64,000 bases of DNA from Schmidtea nova (taxonomy: Eukaryota), in NCBI GenBank assembly GCA_044892505.1, contig CM097882.1, forward strand, positions 196,540,001 through 196,604,000, given 5' to 3'. Made by a program: the position numbers and the translations under genes. Positions 1 through 9,695 of the stretch are shown piece after piece. Each line of letters starts with the position of its first letter. Positions within the stretch are counted from its first letter, which is position 1. A model generated the notes under the pieces. That model was not told the origin of the DNA. It saw nothing but the letters and a program-made list of their open reading frames with translations, and ran no database searches.

Positions 1-65
1 CTGGAAGTATTATCTGGATGTATATCTGGACAACTGTTGCTAGGTAGAATCATATAAAAATTCAT
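1..65 (-). CDS. Polinton minor capsid (penton) protein, N-terminus only (continues off window)
   Basis: ATG at 65-63 overlaps the integrase stop (ATGA). It reads MNFYMILPSNSCPDIHPDNTSS, matching the FY-x-x-LPSNS...PDNT-S start I recognise from Polinton pentons. Confidence 0.7.
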   Translation of the reverse strand, partial: MNFYMILPSNSCPDIHPDNTS

Positions 66-1108
66 TTTACTAGGTTTTTTGATGATATCCATGATGGTTC
101 TTTATATCCGTGCCACTTTACATAGTATTGTTTATCCTTACCCACCATTTTAGATTTCAGGATTTTTTGAATTCTAAATATTGTCGGTGGAGGAATAACT
201 TGTAATTCTTGTTCGTAGAATTTCCCACTGATTATATTGTTATCAGAGTCACAAATAGTATACATGACAGGATTCTGCACTGTGTTGACTTTCGATATTT
301 GATATACCTCATCACTCCAATTATTATCAAAATTTTTAATGAATGGCGATGCACTAATCTTGCTAATTCGAACATGATCACCAACTTTATATTTTGGTTT
401 CTTTACTTTTACTTCACTCACAATATTTTCAGTATCAACTACTTCTGCCGGTTTCCTGCCATTTATACCCCGATGAGCACTATGATTATAACTATGAATC
501 AATTGAGGTAAAACATTAATCCAGGTTTTATTGCCTTTAAAAACAAAGTATTTTTTCAATCGATCACGCAAAGTTCGATTAAATCTCTCGACATGAGCGG
601 CTTTGAATTGCGAGAATACCGAATAATGATTTATTCCCTTGATAACTTCCTTGACTTTACTGTTGTAAAATTCCTTTCCTAAAAAATATTAAAAATGTAT
701 AAATTTAAATTAAAATTTACCCAAATCGGTTTGTAAATTAGTTGGCCGATCCTTTTTCATCATTGTCTTGATAGCGATTGCCATGTCATTAGCTGATTTT
801 GATTTTACTCCAATTGCTCGAGCAAATCTACTGTAAACATCAATACGTGTTAAAATATACTTGTACCCCTTGTTAATAGCGGAATACGGAATCATTTCCA
901 TCAAATCCATTTGCCACAAATCATTGATTCTATATGTTTTATATGCTCGAGTTGGAAACCGTTTCAACATCGGTTTGTTTAGACTGTATGCAAGTTGCCC
1001 CGATAACCAACTTTGTGTCTGTTGTTTCGACTTCTGTGCTTTTTTCCTTAGCTTTTCGACTCCACCGAAACCGGCGTCGTCTTTTGGGTTCGTCCAGATC
1101 TTCTCCAT
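62..1108 (-). CDS. Polinton-type DDE integrase with C-terminal chromodomain; 2 exons (1108-721, 678-62), 334 aa
   Basis: Catalytic WQMDL / QTDLG / VERFN. Chromodomain tail KILKSK..YYVKWHGY..PSWI. A 42-nt GT..AG intron at 679-720 joins ORFs 710-1108 and 62-571 in frame (TDLG|KEFYNSKVKEVIKGINHYSVFSQFKAAHVERFNRTLRDRL). Confidence 0.92.
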
Positions 1109-1163
1109 TACAACAAGAAGATTTAAAGTTTAAATTTAAATTAGGTAATGATTGACCCATTGT

Positions 1164-1709
1164 TTATGACCTTTGTCCCAATAAACCAGCACCTCCCAAT
1201 AATGATAAAGCTAGTGGTAACAATGCAGCAATAAATCCTCCTTGTTGTTTATATATTATTTTGCGCATAAGTTTTCGATTTTTTGTTTTTACTAGCGACA
1301 ACAATGGTTTCTTATGCTTGTTCAAAACACGTCGATTAGATGGACTGAGATGCATTTTACCTAGTACTACTTTAATTAAAATAGCGAGTAAATCATCGAT
1401 AACGTAATTAGGAAACGATTGAAGAATACCCATTCTTCTAGCGGATGGGGCTTTAAGCAATGCATTAAAAAACGGAAAACTCCGATGATGTATTTGTTTA
1501 GCATTTGATTTCAAATTAATTGGAATTTGATTTTGTTTGGGAAAATTATCCATAATTAGTTTTTTCGATGGTGTATAACTTGTTTTTGAAACTGATTTTG
1601 AAACGGATTTCTTTGTCAATTTCTTTCTTCGACCTGCTTTCTTGCCTATTTTCATTGATTTTCGAGCTTTTATCAATCGTTCAAACTTTACTCGAGATTT
1701 CATTAACAT
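1164..1709 (-). CDS. Basic core protein with adenovirus pX/pVII-like C-terminal hydrophobic motif
   Basis: Lys/Arg-rich N-terminus. C-terminal QQGG|FIAALLPLALSLLGG resembles adenoviral pX (xxGG|FLPALIP...) and lies between ATPase and integrase. Confidence 0.6.
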   Translation of the reverse strand: MLMKSRVKFERLIKARKSMKIGKKAGRRKKLTKKSVSKSVSKTSYTPSKKLIMDNFPKQNQIPINLKSNAKQIHHRSFPFFNALLKAPSARRMGILQSFPNYVIDDLLAILIKVVLGKMHLSPSNRRVLNKHKKPLLSLVKTKNRKLMRKIIYKQQGGFIAALLPLALSLLGGAGLLGQRS

Positions 1710-1729
1710 TATTATTACTGTAAATCAAT

Positions 1730-2353
1730 TTAACTTTGTTTATAAACCATGGCTCCTTCCGGGTTAAAAATATCAGTTCTAACCCTTAAATCATCACTGC
1801 ATTGTTGAGTAAAATCAAGGAAAATATATCCATGAGGAGATTTTATAGCATCTTTAAAGGCTTCAATCAAAAAGTTACGATTAGAAGGATAAGCTTGTCT
1901 TGCCAGAAAATCAATAACTGTCGCATCTCTAGGATTTTTAAAAACAACAAGATATTGAACATTTAAATTACGAGTTCGATGACTACCGCCCTGATGAAAT
2001 AAATTCTGAGTTATAAAAATAACAGTAACACCTTTATGTCTACTGATTTTCGTAAATAAGTTATTGAAATCCTTTTCTTTATTTGCTTCTTGATACAAAT
2101 CGTCAATGATAATCACATCACCTTGTTTTAATCTAGATGACCAGTTTTTATCGAAACCTTTAATGATTGTCATTTTTATTTTACAAAACTGATCTTGTGT
2201 CATTCCGCTTTCATCGTCTGCACCCCTATGCCAATAAATATTATTAAATTTCGACTTGAATAATTTCGATTGCAATAATTTACAAACAAATAAAGTTTTT
2301 CCACTCCCGCTAGGACCAACAATTTGAAATACTGCATCATTTCTTAATTCCAT
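1730..2353 (-). CDS. Polinton A32/FtsK-like genome packaging ATPase
   Basis: Walker A GPSGSGKT, Walker B VIIIDDL, ITQNLF and RTRNLNVQYLVVFKNPRD motifs. Confidence 0.92.
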   Translation of the reverse strand: MELRNDAVFQIVGPSGSGKTLFVCKLLQSKLFKSKFNNIYWHRGADDESGMTQDQFCKIKMTIIKGFDKNWSSRLKQGDVIIIDDLYQEANKEKDFNNLFTKISRHKGVTVIFITQNLFHQGGSHRTRNLNVQYLVVFKNPRDATVIDFLARQAYPSNRNFLIEAFKDAIKSPHGYIFLDFTQQCSDDLRVRTDIFNPEGAMVYKQS

Positions 2354-2446
2354 ATTTAAAAATTATATTTAATTAATATTATTGTTTATATTTGTTTTAA
2401 ATACTGGTTCTCAAATAATTATTTCATTTAAAAAATATTTACAGTA

Positions 2447-2914
2447 ATGATTAGAAACATTAATTACAAAGGTAAGACAGATGTATCATACATGAAATTT
2501 CCAAAAGGAAAACCCCAGCAAATTGTAGATCGAAGTGGTAAATACCCAAAAATATACTTTAAAACAGGAAGATATAGGATAATGGGATGCAAGGAATTCA
2601 TTAGTGACGAACAAGTTGAGTTTTACGATTTAACAATACAATCGATAACTGTAACTGCGGATTTAGAATTTATTTGTAATTTGAATGAATTATCTAAATT
2701 AATACCGTGTGTTTACGAGCCAGAATTATTTCCAGCTTTGAGGTATACCAAATATAATCCCATGTGTGTAAATATATTTGCAAGTGGGAAATTAGTCATA
2801 TTAGGATTAAAAAACAAAGACTATAGTACTATAGTTGATGATATTATTAACGATATAAAATCAGTTATAGAAGATAAAGCCTTTGTTGATTTCATACTAA
2901 CATGTGACTCATGA
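2447..2914 (+). CDS. TATA-binding protein (TBP)-like, intronless, element-borne
   Basis: Second TBP repeat is clear: DLTIQSITVTADL..YEPELFPALRY..VNIFASGKLVILGLK (cf. TBP YEPELFPGLIY..LLIFVSGKVVLTGAK). First repeat is degenerate (IYFKTGRYRIMGCK). Confidence 0.8.
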   Translation: MIRNINYKGKTDVSYMKFPKGKPQQIVDRSGKYPKIYFKTGRYRIMGCKEFISDEQVEFYDLTIQSITVTADLEFICNLNELSKLIPCVYEPELFPALRYTKYNPMCVNIFASGKLVILGLKNKDYSTIVDDIINDIKSVIEDKAFVDFILTCDS

Positions 2915-2946
2915 ATGCAATATCGATGCATTAGAAATGCACGATT

Positions 2947-3057
2947 CTGATTGGCTCTGTGTGTATTTCGAGAATAAAGACATGTTGTGCATGCTTGATT
3001 CTGATTGGTTCATTATGTATCGTTTTCGAAATCATGTATGTTTGTTTCGTATATAAA
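2947..3057 (+). promoter_or_regulatory. Pol II-type promoter: two CTGATTGG (reverse CCAAT) boxes plus TATATAAA
   Basis: CTGATTGG at 2947 and 3001; TATATAAA at 3050-3057, about 35 nt upstream of ATG 3093. Confidence 0.5.
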
Positions 3058-3092
3058 CTATGAACAAACTGACATAGTTTATATCTACAATT

Positions 3093-3715
3093 ATGTCACA
3101 AAAAATAAAGAATTTAAAAAATGGTAAATAATAAAATTAATATATTTTCCAATTTAATATATTTTATTTTTAGAAAAACGCATGTCCGTCATCTACACCA
3201 AACTGGCTGAGATGTTCCCCAATCTGATGCAGACGCTGGCCTATACAGCACCGGAGCTCTTTCCTTACAAAATTCATGTTTTGACGGGAATCGATGTAAA
3301 TGCCATATTGAAGGAACATTATGAAAACATGAACAATGATTTGCCTTTTATGGCAGAACATATTTTATGCGCCTATCAATGTGGGCACTGTGTGGATAGA
3401 ATCCGCAAATTGCAAGTGTGGGTTCTGAGAAATACACTCAACCAATTCGAAACCAAGGAGATGAAGGAAATTATCGAGGAAGAGATGCAACAGGAAAGAT
3501 GGCTCAACTCAACTCCCGAACCAATTGATGATTCAATTGAGATTGAAACACCAACAATAGATGAACCTTCTTCTTCTATGGAATCGCCTCAATCTCCTGA
3601 TTGTGATGAGTGTCACCGAAAGGTTGACAATTGTGATGATGATGATGATGAGGTTGAAGATTGTGATGATAATGATGGTTGCCAATCTCTTGGTGGTGGA
3701 CCATCTGATATGTGA
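3093..3715 (+). CDS. Hypothetical Polinton accessory protein with acidic tail; 2 exons (3093-3123, 3174-3715)
   Basis: 50-nt GT..AG intron 3124-3173 joins MSQKIKNLKN-E in frame to ORF 3182-3715. Contains CAYQCGHC and CDECH motifs and an Asp-rich C-terminus. Confidence 0.6.
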
Positions 3716-3886
3716 ATTTTATTTAATAAACGTTTTTAAATTTATTTTTGTTTTAGTTTTGATTTTAGTATTAGTGATATTGTTCGTAACAACTTTTTTA
3801 TTTAAATGTTTAAGGTTTTATTTTTTATTTTGAAATTAGAATCATTAAGAAACAGTTTTGTGTTTTATATATTTTTTTTTTTTTTA

Positions 3887-4156
3887 NNNNNNNNNNNNNN
3901 NNNNNNNNNNNNNNNNNNNNNNNNNNNNNNNNNNNNNNNNNNNNNNNNNNNNNNNNNNNNNNNNNNNNNNNNNNNNNNNNNNNNNNNNNNNNNNNNNNNN
4001 NNNNNNNNNNNNNNNNNNNNNNNNNNNNNNNNNNNNNNNNNNNNNNNNNNNNNNNNNNNNNNNNNNNNNNNNNNNNNNNNNNNNNNNNNNNNNNNNNNNN
4101 NNNNNNNNNNNNNNNNNNNNNNNNNNNNNNNNNNNNNNNNNNNNNNNNNNNNNNNN
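3887..4156. other. Assembly gap (N run)
   Basis: Run of N. Confidence 1.
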
Positions 4157-4400
4157 CATTCCGAGCAGAACCCTGGTAACAGAACCCTAGTAGGAGAACA
4201 TATTCTGTGATGGTTTTTATCTGCAAAAGCTCATTATTGAACATATACAATTTAATTAAACATGCATGCATACAACAAAGACATTGCAATACAGATGCAT
4301 AGTGTGTGCAAGATAAATGCATGAATATGATTGGACAAAGACATCCAGTCATTAGTATAAATACAAAGACATTTTATAAAATATTGTCACAATTTATAAA

Positions 4401-4817
4401 ATGAATTCAAGAAAACAAAATTTAGATATAAGCGAAGAAAAAATATATCAGACTGAGGTAAAACCAGTTCAGATGTACTACGACAGCCGAATTTATTTTT
4501 TGGTTAATGAAATTCCGTATCGATTATCTTATCCGGTAAAGTTGACAAAATCTTTATATGATAGCCTTGCTATAATTATTGCCAAAGAAGATATTATAAC
4601 ATTAAATCGATTGTTTTCAAAGATGAATGTTAATTTATCTTGTAAAGAAACCATGTACATCAATAACAGAAAAACTCGGTTCCATGATGCGTTTCAAACA
4701 ATTGATTTCATGGATCAAGAACATTGGTTCGTTACCGTTATTATCCAGGGGTACAAGATTGATAAAAAAGATGTAGTTACTCCAATTTGGAGAGTTGACA
4801 ATGCAAGATACGCATAA
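4401..4817 (+). CDS. Hypothetical protein (138 aa), probably Polinton accessory
   Basis: Intronless ORF preceded by ATTGG and GTATAAATA, followed by AATAAA; no recognisable family. Confidence 0.5.
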   Translation: MNSRKQNLDISEEKIYQTEVKPVQMYYDSRIYFLVNEIPYRLSYPVKLTKSLYDSLAIIIAKEDIITLNRLFSKMNVNLSCKETMYINNRKTRFHDAFQTIDFMDQEHWFVTVIIQGYKIDKKDVVTPIWRVDNARYA

Positions 4818-4883
4818 TTGTTATTTAATAAATATTTTTAGTATGAACAATTTTAGTTTTGATATTAGTTTTTTGTTTTTACA

Positions 4884-5471
4884 ATGAATTTAAATATACT
4901 TATTTTATTATTATGTGTTCACAATACTGAAGGAGAACAAGCTTTGGAAGATTGTCAATCATCCCATCCGTTTCGAAAACAAGATAGTACTTGCGCGAGT
5001 TACAATGATATTTGTCTTTACTCAAACCTGGAATGTAGTCAAATAAAATTACAATGTAATCAATGTCCTTCCAAAAATAATGTGATTAATAATGACATTG
5101 AAAAAATGATTGCCAAAATAATGATGAAAATAGTTGAACGATTAAAATGTATCAATCAAACTTTTGTTAAAAAAGAATATGAAGTCAGATACCAAAATCA
5201 AACAGTTGAAAATGAAAAAACAGCCATTGTATTACATTATATAAGTTTATTTATATTAATAATTATAATGATGTTATCGGCATCCATACGGCTGGAGAAG
5301 ATTTCAAATATTCCAAAGAATAATATTCCGACAAATACTAGTATTCCGATGAATAATATTACAATGAATAATAATATTCCTATGAATAATAATATTCCGA
5401 GTAATAATTCAGATGTAAATAATTTTGAAACTAAATTTTGTACACGTACACAACGATATATTTATAAATAA
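4884..5471 (+). CDS. Predicted type I membrane protein (signal peptide, Cys-rich ectodomain, TM helix, Asn-rich tail)
   Basis: MNLNILILLLCVH signal-like start; several Cys; TM AIVLHYISLFILIIIMMLSASI; NNIPxN repeats. Confidence 0.5.
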   Translation: MNLNILILLLCVHNTEGEQALEDCQSSHPFRKQDSTCASYNDICLYSNLECSQIKLQCNQCPSKNNVINNDIEKMIAKIMMKIVERLKCINQTFVKKEYEVRYQNQTVENEKTAIVLHYISLFILIIIMMLSASIRLEKISNIPKNNIPTNTSIPMNNITMNNNIPMNNNIPSNNSDVNNFETKFCTRTQRYIYK

Positions 5472-5639
5472 ATTTTATTTTGTATTTTCAATGTCTTTGT
5501 TCATGTTGCACGTGTATTGCATTGTCTTTGTTTAAGTTGCACGCGTGTTGCAAAGTCTTGCAGGTGTATTGCATTGTCTTTGTTTAAGTTGTACGCGTGT
5601 TGCAAACTTTTGACTCTTATTTCTGTTGAAATACTTTGT

Positions 5640-6365
5640 GTTAAAAAAAAATTTGTGTCAAAAAAAATTTTTGCAATAATAAATTTGGCGGGAAAAAAAA
5701 ATTTGAAAAAGAAAAATTTAAAAATTTAAAAAAATTTTGGCGCAAAAAAATAAATTTTGAAAAAAAAAAAAAAAAAATTAGCCCCCCCCCGGGGGGGTCT
5801 CGAAAAAGTTCTTTGTTTAAAATTTTTTACGCCCACGCATTAAAAAGTTCTTTGTTTAAAAAAAAATAAAAATTTTGAAAAAATAAAATTTGAAAAAAAA
5901 AAATTTGTGAAAAAAAAATTTGTGTGAAAAAAAAAATTTGTGTTGAAAAAATTTGTGTTAAAAAAATTTGTGTTAAAAAATTTGTGTTAAAAAATTTTGT
6001 GTTAAAAAATGTGTTAAAAAATTTTGTGTTAAAAAATTTTGTGTTAAAAAATTTTGTGTTAAAAAAAATTTGTGTTAAAAAATTTTGTGTTGAAAAAATT
6101 TGTGTTAAAAAATTTTGTGTTAAAAAATTTTGTGTTAAAAAATTTTGTGTTAAAAAATTTTGTGTTAAAAAAAAAAATTTGTGTTAAAAAATTTTGTGTT
6201 AAAAAATTTTCAAATTTCAATTTGGCGCGAAAAAAAAAATTTTTCAAAAAAAAAATTCAAAAATTTTTGGCGCGAAAAAAAAAAAAAATTTTTTTTGACC
6301 CCCCCGGGGGGGGGGGGGGGTTCCGAAAAAAAAGTTCTTTGTTTAAAATTTTTCGCCCACGCATT
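5640..6365. repeat. Low-complexity terminal repeat region: ~15-nt tandem array (TTTTGTGTTAAAAAA) bracketed by two C-run/G-run palindromes and a ~42-nt direct repeat
   Basis: C9G7 at 5782-5797 and C7G15 at 6299-6320, each followed by GAAAAAGTTCTTTGTTTAAAATTTTT..CGCCCACGCATTA; tandem array ~5915-6210. Confidence 0.85.
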
Positions 6366-7323
6366 ATGACTCATTTCTTTGTGTTTGACTCCACACATCT
6401 ACCTACTAAAACTAATGAAGACGGTGCTAAAGAAACTAAAACTAAAGCAAGAAAAGTCATTCGCTTATATGACGAAGAATATTTAAAGTTTGGGTTTTCA
6501 TGGACCGGAGAAAAAGATTGTCCAGTTCCAATTTGCATTGTATGTGGAGCAAAACTTTCAAATAGTTCAATGGCACCTGCTAAATTTAAACGTTATTTAT
6601 CCGCTAAACATTTGCATTTAGCTAACAAAACAAAAGATTATTTTAATAAACTTTTGCAAATTCAAGACAATCAAGGGGAAACTATTTGAAAAACATGTGA
6701 AAATATCTGACAAGGATCAATTAGCATCTTACAAAGTTGCTGAAATATTAGCATTAAAACTCAAACCACATACTGAAGCAGAAACTATCATTTTACCAGC
6801 CTGCAGCGAGATAGTTAAAATTATGTTTGACGAGGATGCAAAAAATGAAATTTTGAAAATCCCTCTTTCTGATGACACAGTTTGAAAAAGAATAAATAAT
6901 ATGTCTTTTGACATTGAAGAAACAGTCGCAATTAAATTTTCCAGTGCCCTTTTTTCGTTACAAGTTGACGAATCCATGGACATAAGTGGGAAAGCTATTT
7001 TGTTGGCATTTGTACGTTTCGTGAATGAAACGAAAATAATAAATTAATTTCTATGCTGCAAGGCGCTTCCTCAACATACAACAGGACAGGATATTTTTGA
7101 TACAATAACATCGTACTTAGAAACTTTTAAAATATCATGGAGCCAATGTGTTGGTATTTGTACTGATAGAGCTCCAGCAATGATAGGATCCATTAAAGGG
7201 TTTGTAAGTCTGGCAAAAATATGCAATCCTAATATAATGTCCACACACTGTTTTTTACACCAAGAAGCACTTGTTGCAAAGACGTTGCCACAAACACTAA
7301 AAGCAGTCTTTGATCAAACTGTT

Positions 7324-8231
7324 TGGTCGTCTGTGTTGTACCAGACTTCGCGCCTGTGTGCGCAGTGGTTTAATTTTGGAAGAAATATATTTTGTCTCGC
7401 GTCCGTGTGCGCTTGGATGTCTCGCGTCTGTGTGCGCGTTGGTGGTGGTGTGGGATTTTGGTGAGATTGATTTTTATTTGTGTTGATTTTAGATTTTTAG
7501 AGTTGGTTTTTTGTTTGAATAATCAGTAACATGTTGGTCTTTCAAAACGGAGTTTCGGTCAAATTAATGGTGACATGGTCTGAAATTCAACTTAGTGATT
7601 TTGAGGAATTTGGCATTGAGAATGAGGTTCCAGTTGATTATAATTCTGTTATTTGTGTTAATGATGAAATTCGAAATAATGAATTGAATGAATTCATAGT
7701 CGGAGTGGATATTACGTCTTCGTTTTGTGTTCAAGAGCAGATACTGAATGGTGGTGAGAGAATGGTTGCATCAATTCAATTGCCAACTTCGATTGAAATA
7801 AAGAATTCATTGAATCAAAATGTGTTGAAAGATAAAAACATATTAATGTATAAAGCGAACAAGAGTGATATTATATATTGCTTATGTAGATTAAATGTTC
7901 CCAATGAATATGTGCACCAAGTTGTAAAACAAATATTTTCTGTATTGAATAATAATAGTTGTGAAATATATGTTTTATCGCGATTATCACTCAGCTGTTA
8001 TCTGAAACAAGATCTCAATGATGTTTTCCCGATAATTCGATGCTTATTTGTTGGTGGAATTTCAAATTCGAACATAAAATTGCTTGAGCCGCCAAATCTT
8101 TTGGTTGGATTACCGGCACAGATATTGACCTACTGTGCATTACACGGGTTGAAGGGAATTATCAATGCTGTTTATTTAGTTATGGAAACGAATAAAGATT
8201 ATTATTTGGCTGTTCAATTGATGATTTTACA
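7324..8231 (+). mobile_element. 908-bp insertion with TG..CA ends and 5-bp TSD CTGTT inside the hAT transposase
   Basis: CTGTT at 7319-7323 and 8232-8236 (alternatively a 6-bp ACTGTT duplication). Removing the insert restores the frame D-Q-T-V-I-M-V-N-Y-I-K. Confidence 0.8.
7531..8231 (+). pseudogene. PSMG1: Proteasome assembly chaperone 1 (PSMG1/PAC1)-like ORF carried on the insert, intronless, 3'-truncated or fused
   Basis: LLEPPNLLVGLPAQILTYCALHGLKG resembles PSMG1 LLEQPNIVHDLPAAVLSYCQVWKIPA; upstream CEIYVLS..YLK..PIIRCL also fits. The ORF reads on to 8286 in hAT DNA. Confidence 0.6.
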
Positions 8232-9639
8232 CTGTTATTATGGTGAATTATATAAAAATGAGACCATTAAAAACTCGACTCTTTAAACAACTTTGTTTGG
8301 CTATGGAAGCACAATATGAATGTTTGCTTCTCCTTACAGATGTAAGGTGGTTTTCACGAGGAAAAGTATTGAATCGTGTGTTACAACTTAAAAACGAATT
8401 AATGGTTTTCTTTGAAAGTGAAGGAAGTGAAATATCTTATAATTATCTCAATAATGAAGTGTGGTGTAATAATTTGGCTTACTTGGCCGATATTTTTAAT
8501 TATCTTAACTCGGTCAACACAAATATTCAAGGAAAAGAAGAAAATATTTTTACATCTACAGATAAATTATTGGCACTTCAAAAGAAAATTTCTCTTTGGA
8601 AAAATTATACCGAGGAAAAAATGTTAGACATGATTCCTTCAATGCAAAATCAAAATAACGAAAAATCTATTCCCAACATTCTAGAACACTTAAAAATATT
8701 GGAAGAAAACATTGCAAAATATTTTTAATCATTAAATGCAGAAAAATATGATTGGATCAGAAATCCGTTTATTTCATCAAACACATCAGAATTTTCAATA
8801 AACGAAGAAGAAGAATTAATTTCTCTTTCTTCGGATCGTAGTTTGAAACTAAAACATTCAGAAATGACTCGTGATGAATTTTGGATTTCCTTTAAACAAG
8901 AATATCCTCTGTTATCTGAAAAAGCGCTCGTAATTTTGTTACAGTTTTCAACTTCGTATCTATGTGAACTAGGATTTTCTACATTAACAAATATAAAAAC
9001 TAAAAGCGTGAAAGATTGGGGAATTTAGAAAAGGAAATGCGAGTTGTGTTGTCTTTTATCCGACCTGATATTTCTAAAATTTGCAAGAAATACAATTCAA
9101 ACATATCACATTAGTTTTTGTACTATTTTATTTTTGTTGTATCTATGTTTGCGTGTGAATTGCACTGTGAATGTTTAATTATTTTTCGTGTAAATTTTTC
9201 TTTGTTGAATAAATTTGTTTTTTTGGTAATGTGTGTTTATATTTTATATCTTCAAGACCATTTATTAACAGAGGATGGTTCAAAAGTCGTTTCATTATTC
9301 AAAAATGAAATAATATGTTCGTTTGTGATTTTTTGTCAGTGTTCCGTGTAAAAAAAATCATGTGAATGGTGTTCCGCGCTTTTAAATTAGTTGAGAACCA
9401 CTGCTCTACAGTGAATAAGTAAATGGAATTAATGATAGTTTGTCGAAAGATTTGTTCCTCTAAGGTTGCTCAAAAATTTGTGTCCTTCACAATTAACTGC
9501 TCCTAATATGATGATAAAAATCTCTTAACAAATCGCTAGAAAACTTTGCTGCTAAAATGAATGTGTGTGCGAAAACAATGCTAAATGCTTTATGATATAA
9601 TATTCTGGTTTTGTGTTTTTGTTGTGTGTGTTCTCGACT

Positions 9640-9695
9640 GACTGAGCTTGTCTTATATACAGTTTTTGGCTCTCAATCAGCCAATCAAAATTTAG
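9640..9695 (-). promoter_or_regulatory. Orphan Pol II promoter-like module (ATTGG, GTATATAAG, TCAGTC initiator)
   Basis: Minus strand reads CTGATTGGCTGATTG..GTATATAAGACAAGCTCAGTC; probably TE-derived. Confidence 0.3.

Larger units (their letters stand above)
1..6365 (-). mobile_element. Polinton/Maverick (adintovirus-like) element, right-hand part; runs off the left window edge; right boundary approximate
   Basis: Typical Maverick gene block on the minus strand: packaging ATPase > small basic core protein > retroviral-type integrase with chromodomain > penton start. Compact ORFs with overlapping stop/start and tight polyA signals. Linkage of 4157-6365 to the rest crosses an N gap. Confidence 0.8.
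6366..9403 (+). mobile_element. hAT (Charlie/Buster, ZBED5/FAM200-like) transposon, decayed, left end missing
   Basis: BED finger (YLKFGF..CIVC..KH), FSLQVDESMD, THCFLHQEAL, DVRWFSRGK, FSTSYLCELGFS with stops and frameshifts. Right TIR GTTGAGAACCACTG at 9390-9403 followed by CTCTACAG (Charlie-type target). Confidence 0.88.

Noticed and set aside
3806-4352. ORFs spanning the N run (also 15810-16010)
   Set aside because: Artefacts of translating through assembly gaps.
5517-6398. Repetitive KKICV/LKNFV ORFs
   Set aside because: Translations of the tandem array, not genes.
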